A DNA stretch of 64,000 bases from Octopus vulgaris (lineage: Eukaryota): the NCBI GenBank assembly GCA_951406725.2, contig OX597837.1, positions 434,001-498,000 of the forward strand, in the 5' to 3' direction. Shown here in pieces: positions 56,849 through 64,000 of the stretch; the first letter of the stretch is position 1, and each line of letters begins with the position of its first letter. Under the pieces are notes generated by a model. It was not told where the DNA came from. It made no database searches and saw only the letters and a list, made by a program, of their open reading frames with translations. Made by a program: the position numbers and the translations under genes.

Positions 56849-58574
56849 TTTAAAACTTCAAGAATATATATATTTATATATTCATCAAAAACGATATATA
56901 AATACACTAATACATCTAGGTTCAACAATATAATCGTTTGTCAAACATCTGCCTAAAATATGAAACAACAGCAACAACAACAACAGCAACAAAAGCAACA
57001 AGTGGAATCTGATTACAAAAGACCAAAAGACATTCTGTCAACGAAGGATATAATTTTGGTAAACAGCGCTGCTTATGCAAGGTGGGGTGGGGTGGGGGTG
57101 GGGGAAGTGGTTTGGAAGGAATGTCGGCCGGCCATAGACAAATATAATAAGGTGTATATATTATCATGGTAATTGTTGGCAAGTAGGAGAAAGGGAAGGA
57201 AGAGAAGAAGAAAAGGGGCAGGGGGGAAAGGATAAATAAAAGACATACGAGAAATCTGAAGACGGTGGGGAAGTAAAGAATTAAAGCAGGGAGAGTTAAG
57301 CGAATGATGATAATGATGATGATGATGGTGATGATGATGACGACGATGATGATGATGATGATGATGGTGATGGTGATGATCAAAGCATTATTAATACCAC
57401 AAGGGAATATTTATCTTCCACTTAAAGGTGGATGTTGTGTTAGAACACAAAATACTGAGTTATTTTCCATGAGAAAACTTCTCATATAGACTTGTGGTGC
57501 ATATAAACACTCGTGTTTATATCGCTAGCGGGAGATAATCATCTGCCATCGCCGCCAGGACTACCAGATCACCTGATATAAGCCTTCCTTGGCTTTGTCG
57601 ATGGCAGTGGCATGAAGGCTAGAAATAGCAGCGATTCTTCCGCTAGCGGAATAGTGATAATATTTCTTTATTTGCCTCAAGGACATTATAGATACAAAGG
57701 TAAAAAAAAAATTTCAATGCACTTCTCAAGAACATATTCACCTAAAGTTAATTATAGCTTCCGGCTAAGACAGTTTGATGTCAACATAAAAGTGTTTTGT
57801 TTGGAACTTGTGATTTGACCAACAGAATCACCGTAAACACGGAAGATACAAAATGTTCAAAATACATAAAACCCACGAAAATAGATAAAAATACTGCTTC
57901 ACTCACGCACAAACCCTCACTCACACAGACATGAACGCACACAGACATTCTTACACAGACTCGAGCCTCCATGGAGAACGAACCTATATCAGAAATAGCA
58001 GTCGAATCTCCTTCAAATTTTAGCTTGTCATTATAACGAGCGGTGGGACATGTGGCTTTATGCAAATTTAGATACGTTCAGTCTTCTTAACTTATAAGGT
58101 GTGATGGTCAGGGATGGAACATTTTTGATCAAGGTCTTTTTATTCAGACTTGGTTCCAAGCTAAACGTCAGCAGTAATAGATCGCAAACACACACACACA
58201 CACACACACACACGCGCGCGCGTGCGTGCGCACGCATACACACATACGCATACACACACAAGCAAATGTATAGAAACGCATTCACAGAGACACAGATAGA
58301 GGTATCTACAGAGAGAAAGGCTGACACTAAACAGTACAGCAATTAGATTTTTCGCCTTCATATAATTTGTAAAGACAGGAACCAGATGACTATCGTTGGA
58401 TGTGATCTACAATGGACACCTCATCTATTATTCTCAGTGCATATTTAGGCGTGCATTGTATGCTTGTATATGTACGCAGCTTTATACACTATACAGTATA
58501 TAAGCATACATACACGCACATACATACGCCCACATACACACACACACATACACACACACACATATATATACAGG

Positions 58575-58735
58575 GCAGGCGAGCCTGTGTCGTGAGAAAT
58601 TTGCTTCTCAACCACATGGTTTCGTGTTCAGCCCCAATGCCTGGCACGTTGGACAAATGTTGCTACTGGCACCTTGGACTGACCAAAGACCAGTGAGTGA
58701 ATTTGGTAAACGGAAACTGTAAGAATCCCGTAGTA
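58575..58735 (+). mobile_element. SINE family A, 5' half, degraded
   Basis: ttgcttctcaaccacatggttt...gtgagtgaatttggtaaacggaaactg. Confidence 0.75.
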
Positions 58736-58791
58736 TATATTTATGTGTGTTGTGTATGTGTGTGTGTATGTGTGTGCGTATATATATACAT

Positions 58792-58860
<69 letters not shown>

Positions 58861-59425
58861 TATGTATGCATGTGTGTGTGTGTGTATGCATGCATGTACG
58901 CATGTACGAACATGTAGTATGGCCCAGTGATTGCAGTTTGCTCCGTAAACTGGGTTTCACAGATTCGAACCCAGCGCCCCTTCATTATGAGGTTCAGTGT
59001 TTTAATATGAATCTTTTTCGGGGCATTTCAAGGTTGGCTTTGTCATTGTAGCCGCCTGTCAGCTCGATTCCCGCATTACCGTATCTACCTATGTATGTAT
59101 GTTTATATGAATGTTTGTACGTAGGTAATCGTGTATACGTGTATGTATGTGTGTGAGTGCATGCATGTATGCTCTTGTGTAAGAACCTGCTCATATAAGT
59201 AGACGTGTGAAGTCGCGTGGCTTAGTGGGTAGTGTTGCACCTATGATCACGACAATGTGGTTTCGATTTGTAGGCCAGGCGATGCGTTGGGTTCTTGAGC
59301 AATATACTTTGCTTCCCTCCACTCAGCTGGCAAAAAGAAAAATTACGTCCAGTCTAGGAGAGCGGGTAAATATGCACACCACGGAATCCGGGAAAGCGAC
59401 CTTGTGGTTGTGATATATCGATATA

Positions 59426-59648
59426 TACTCTTTTACTCTTTTCAGTCATTTCACTGCGGCCATCCTGGAGCACTGCCTTTAGTCGAACGAATTGACCCCA
59501 GGACTTATTCCTTGTAAGCCTAGTACTTATTCTATTGATATATTTTGTCGAACTGCTAAGTTACGGGGACGTAAACACACAAGCATCAGTTGTCAAGCGA
59601 TCGTAGGGTGGAGGACAAACACAGACCCACAAACATACATATACATAC

Positions 59649-59715
<67 letters not shown>

Positions 59716-59870
59716 GCTTTAAGTTTCCGTCTATCAAATCCACTCACAAGTCTTTGGTCGGTCTCAGGCTATAATAGAAGAGACTTGCCCAAGGTGCCAC
59801 GCAGTGGGACTGAATCCGGAACCATGTGGTTGGGAAGCAAGCTTCTTACCACACAAACAGTCCAGCGCCT
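59426..59870 (-). mobile_element. SINE family A, full length
   Basis: Reverse complement of 26296-26725 with internal (TA)n. Confidence 0.88.
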
Positions 59871-60949
59871 GGGTGTATAGAAATATGTAAGAGTATAAGT
59901 GCATTCGCAACAATTGTGCAAATCTGTTTTTAGTAAAAAAAAAAGCATGTATGAACATGTGTGTGTGTGTATGTGTGTATGATTATTTCATGTATGTATC
60001 TGTGTTTAGTCTATACACCTATTTGATTGTGCAGGTATGTTAATTCCAGGAAACTGAGAGAATCTTTGTTAACATTTTTTCTTTGAATACTTCTACACTT
60101 TTCCTCTGAACGATGTCTTTTAGTTCTCTCCGAACTTTTTTAGGGAAACCACCTCACTATTTCCTGGTTGCTCCTCTTATAAGATGTCTCAGTGTGCCTC
60201 TAACAAGAAACATCCAACATTTCCAATCTATTTTATTGTTGCGTAGCAGCAATAATATATTCAAGTGAGAAATCCCATTTTGGATATAAGTTGTGTGTCC
60301 TGTGTTAGTTCATGAAGGATGTTTTTGCCACAATTTCAGACGTGACATTAACATCTATTAGTTCGAGTTTATGGCATTCATCCTGAATTGGAGTTTTGAG
60401 TGGAATGTTCCACCTGCTTTCCCCGTTGTGGTATGAATACATTCAGATGCTCGGTTACTTTCTATATATGACCGCCAAGAGAAACCTTTCTGTGAAGAGC
60501 ACAGGAAATTCTTTAAGCAGCAACATCATATTTTCAAGAACGTAGCTCCTCGTGGACAAGTGTTGAGTAGCTACTGATATTGGGCATATCTTCCAGATTG
60601 TTGTGGGACAATCAAGAACTTCTGTGATAATGTGCTTGTTTAGAAGCATTCACATTACTGTTCTTAAACAGGTATCTAATAACGATAATCTGTTTCTGAA
60701 TAGGACAGGTATGTTATTAGGGGTGGGGATCTGATGTACTTATTACTGCGTTAGAACCCGCTACTCTTTCTGCTAATGTTCTCTTCATTCTGTAGACTGT
60801 AAGAATGTGTGAATGTATGTGTATGTGTTAAATATGGATGATTAACATGAGCACACATAAATAAATACACACACACACACAGTTTACTGTTCCGCTATAG
60901 GTAAGATCAACTAAGATATAAGTACTCCATCCAGTGAAAGATAAATATC

Positions 60950-62172
60950 GTTTAATGTGCACAGTATTTAAATCGGAGCTACTAATAGTTTCATGCCATG
61001 GAGACATCATAATTCGGCTGACTTATATCACGTGTCTTTCAGATTCAGTGCACATGGTTATGCCTGCTTGAAAACTAGGACGCTGGTCCTTGAGAAAAAA
61101 CGAGAAGGTTGATGAGAAAAGTGGGACAAGATGACAAAAGGTGAATAAAAACGGAAAAAGAAAGAAAATCAAGAGTTGCACCACCTTTGTCCGCAGAAAT
61201 CATAATAAATCTATCTGGTGTAGAATAATTCAATGTTGTGGATACCAAAGTCTGCGATACAGCTGCTCTGTCAGGTGAGGGTGGTGTCCTACAGTTTGGC
61301 AAAAGAAATTTGCTTATGTTCTCGTATTTGCTGAAAATTTCGCTTCAGGAATCAAATAGTCTTGGTGGGGTTCCGGGATCTAACAAGAATATGCCATGTT
61401 TCAGCTGCGCATCGCTTGCATTTTTTTATTTGCGTATGGCGTAGATTTCTCCGCGATACTGAGCTACATTTTATGTGGTGTGCAGTCCAGAGATCGCATA
61501 TGTGGCCAACCAACTTAGTGGGTTTCTTTCTGTGGATGCGTCGGAAAAAAGATTGGTGGTTTGCATAACGTCTTTTAAGATTGCCTTCGCATAAACCGAT
61601 TACGTTATGTTGGAGCGCTGTTGTAGCTTAGGCTTCATAAACAACTGAGTTTATCAAACATGTCTGATCAAGTGGGAAAGCTTCAGGGTCTCAACAGATA
61701 AAAGGGAGAACAGGGAGTAGTCTTTTAGTATGGCGGATGAGTGATAATGTCCTTCTTGTTGAGGCAGCAGATGTATGACATTTTCACCGAGCGTCTATTA
61801 AAACTCTTTCTATATTTATGGTTTGCTAGAAAATGCTTATGTAGTAATGCGGGGAAATCCTTGCCCATATTAATACTAACATTTAGGGAGAAAAGGGGGT
61901 CGTGGACTATAATATTTTCCTAGGTCTATTTTTATATTTCATATTTTTAATTGAAGGGTTTTAAATCTTATTTTCGAAGCCACTGTTAGCTTGGGCTGCT
62001 TTATCAAATATAGATATCTTTTTTTTGATATTGGTAATCAGGTTTTGAAACACTGAAAGGGGTGGATCACTGGATCGCATATATATATACGTAAGCTTCC
62101 TATTCAGTTTATCCTGTATCCATGGCATGAAACTATTTGTAGTTATTTATTAAATACTGTATACATTAAATG
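60950..62172 (-). mobile_element. Old PLE 3' half (same lineage as 18270-19130) with inverted terminal duplication
   Basis: PFSLNVSINMGK, HKHF..HKYRKSFNRRSVKMSY, CLINSVVYEA, IGLCEGNLKRRYANHQSFF, SEIFSK..KFLL; ccatggcatgaaactatt...taaatactgt inverted at ~60950-61002 and ~62120-62172. Confidence 0.72.
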
Positions 62173-63302
62173 ACAAATATAATACTTGTTTTGAAGTTCA
62201 GTTATAACAAAAGCATTTTAACGTTAATTTGAAGTGGCACTCTATACTATTGTAGAGAATAAATTTATTATTTTAAAACCAGAATGCTAGTGAGAGTGAC
62301 TTCGAAATTGCGGGCAGCTAAACTATCGTCGGACGACGTGTTAGCTGCCCGAAACTTCACAGTCACTATCAAATAATATGCTTGTTTAAGAATAATACAT
62401 ATACACATACATATCTACACACACACACACGCACACATACACACATATATATATTTAATCAGGCATATATCCATAAATTCATACGATATATCAATATATT
62501 GGAAACCGGCATTTTCTCAAAAATATAACTATAGATTATATTTTTAAAAGTATTTCGTTCAGGTTTTCTCATACTTTACTAACCCATTGCTAAACACACA
62601 TACCCCCCCCCCCCCGCACAAAAACGCACACGCGCGCTCGCGCACACACACACACTTGGGCAGGGATCTTCAGTGAATCAACAACAGGTGGTCCATGAAG
62701 AATTGTGGCGACGATCGTCTAAGACAATTGAAATGTCTTCAGTCTACATTTCTACGTTTTTCTCCAAAATCTCATTTCTTTGTTACATTTATTTTTCCCA
62801 AAATAAACAAACACTGAGAAACACTCTTCACTATTATGACAATATAAAACAATATATATATACAAGAAGATAACGCAAAATATATCAATAAAAAATGACA
62901 ACCAACGCATCTCTGAAATGAAACAAAGCCTATGTTTAAGGTGGAGGAGAGGAGGGTGCCATTACAAATATCCACTTATTTATTTATTTATTTATTCATT
63001 TATTTATATCAAGTGTTTATATTTTAATGTAACATTGCTATCTGAAGCACACCTCCACCTCTTCATGACACCCCCTACCTGTAGCAAAAATTAGTTCCCT
63101 CCTGCAGTTCTCTATACAACCGAACACCAATGTCTCTCAAATCTCGTATTTCCTATTATCGCATTCAACGTTCAAGTAGATACAGTTAGGCATAAGGTAG
63201 GAACACCCCACGCGCTACATATATGCACACGTACGTATGTATGCATGCATGTGTGCATGTATGTATGCTTGTATATATATATCTATTGTATATATATATC
63301 TA

Positions 63303-63398
<96 letters not shown>

Positions 63399-63707
63399 CA
63401 TATGTGCATACACATAAATGTAAAAATGATGCAGGTTTGCATATGCACATATGTATGTATTCATACAGGCATATTTATAAACCATTACAGCTACAGCTAA
63501 AAGTGCGCATATCTATCTATCTGCCTGTCTGTCTGTCTGTCTTTGTCTATTTATCAACCTACCAATATATAGTTATGTATTTATATAGCTATTTACATTA
63601 ACGATCATTTTCTCCCACCCACACTTCAGTCTAATTCTGTGTTCATCTCTCTACGCCTCTTTCAATCTCTCTCTCAAATATGTACGTACGTGTGTATGGT
63701 TGTTTGC

Positions 63708-63756
<49 letters not shown>

Positions 63757-63758
63757 TA

Positions 63759-63959
63759 CAGGGTGGCTCAAAAGTAGGTTTACAGTTATTCAACTATCTC
63801 TTTCGGATTCATTTATTAAGTTTAGATCTTAATTATAAAAAAATATGAAACCATTATGCTAATTTAGTTAATTATAAGATAGATATTTAAATGTAATAAA
63901 ATGCTTTAAAAGAAATTTAAATGCCTACGTGATAACTATAGACCTACTTTTAGGCCATC

Positions 63960-63962
<3 letters not shown>
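63759..63962. mobile_element. Tc1/mariner MITE, 204 bp
   Basis: TIRs cagggtggctcaaaagtaggtttacagtt / aactatagacctacttttaggccatcctg, TA on both sides. Confidence 0.9.
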
Positions 63963-63997
<35 letters not shown>

Positions 63998-64000
63998 AGA

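Noticed and set aside
60050-60750. Possible decayed retroelement coding sequence
   Set aside because: Could not recover convincing motifs by eye

Overview
Eukaryotic (animal) repeat-dominated DNA. The extreme (TA)n/(CA)n/(TATC)n/(TACA)n microsatellite density and the tRNA-headed SINE families suggest an octopus genome (inference). No multi-exon host gene, rRNA, intact tRNA or CRISPR array is supported, and almost all ORFs in the track are microsatellite translations. The real content is mobile DNA. It includes a nearly intact, 5'-truncated HERO-type non-LTR retrotransposon (RT + restriction-like endonuclease, 47.7-51.0 kb) and at least five Penelope-like element (PLE) copies or fragments from several families. 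There are also RTE and R4-type LINE fragments (one with a twin-priming inversion), two non-autonomous Helitrons, Tc1/mariner relics plus a MITE, and many SINEs. The most notable signal is about a dozen minimal type I hammerhead ribozyme motifs. These include a family with a consistent CUGUNGA variant core and a ~50-nt island made almost only of a hammerhead, embedded in (TA)n. Many local inverted duplications also sit next to TA microsatellites. All calls were made by eye, so boundaries are approximate.
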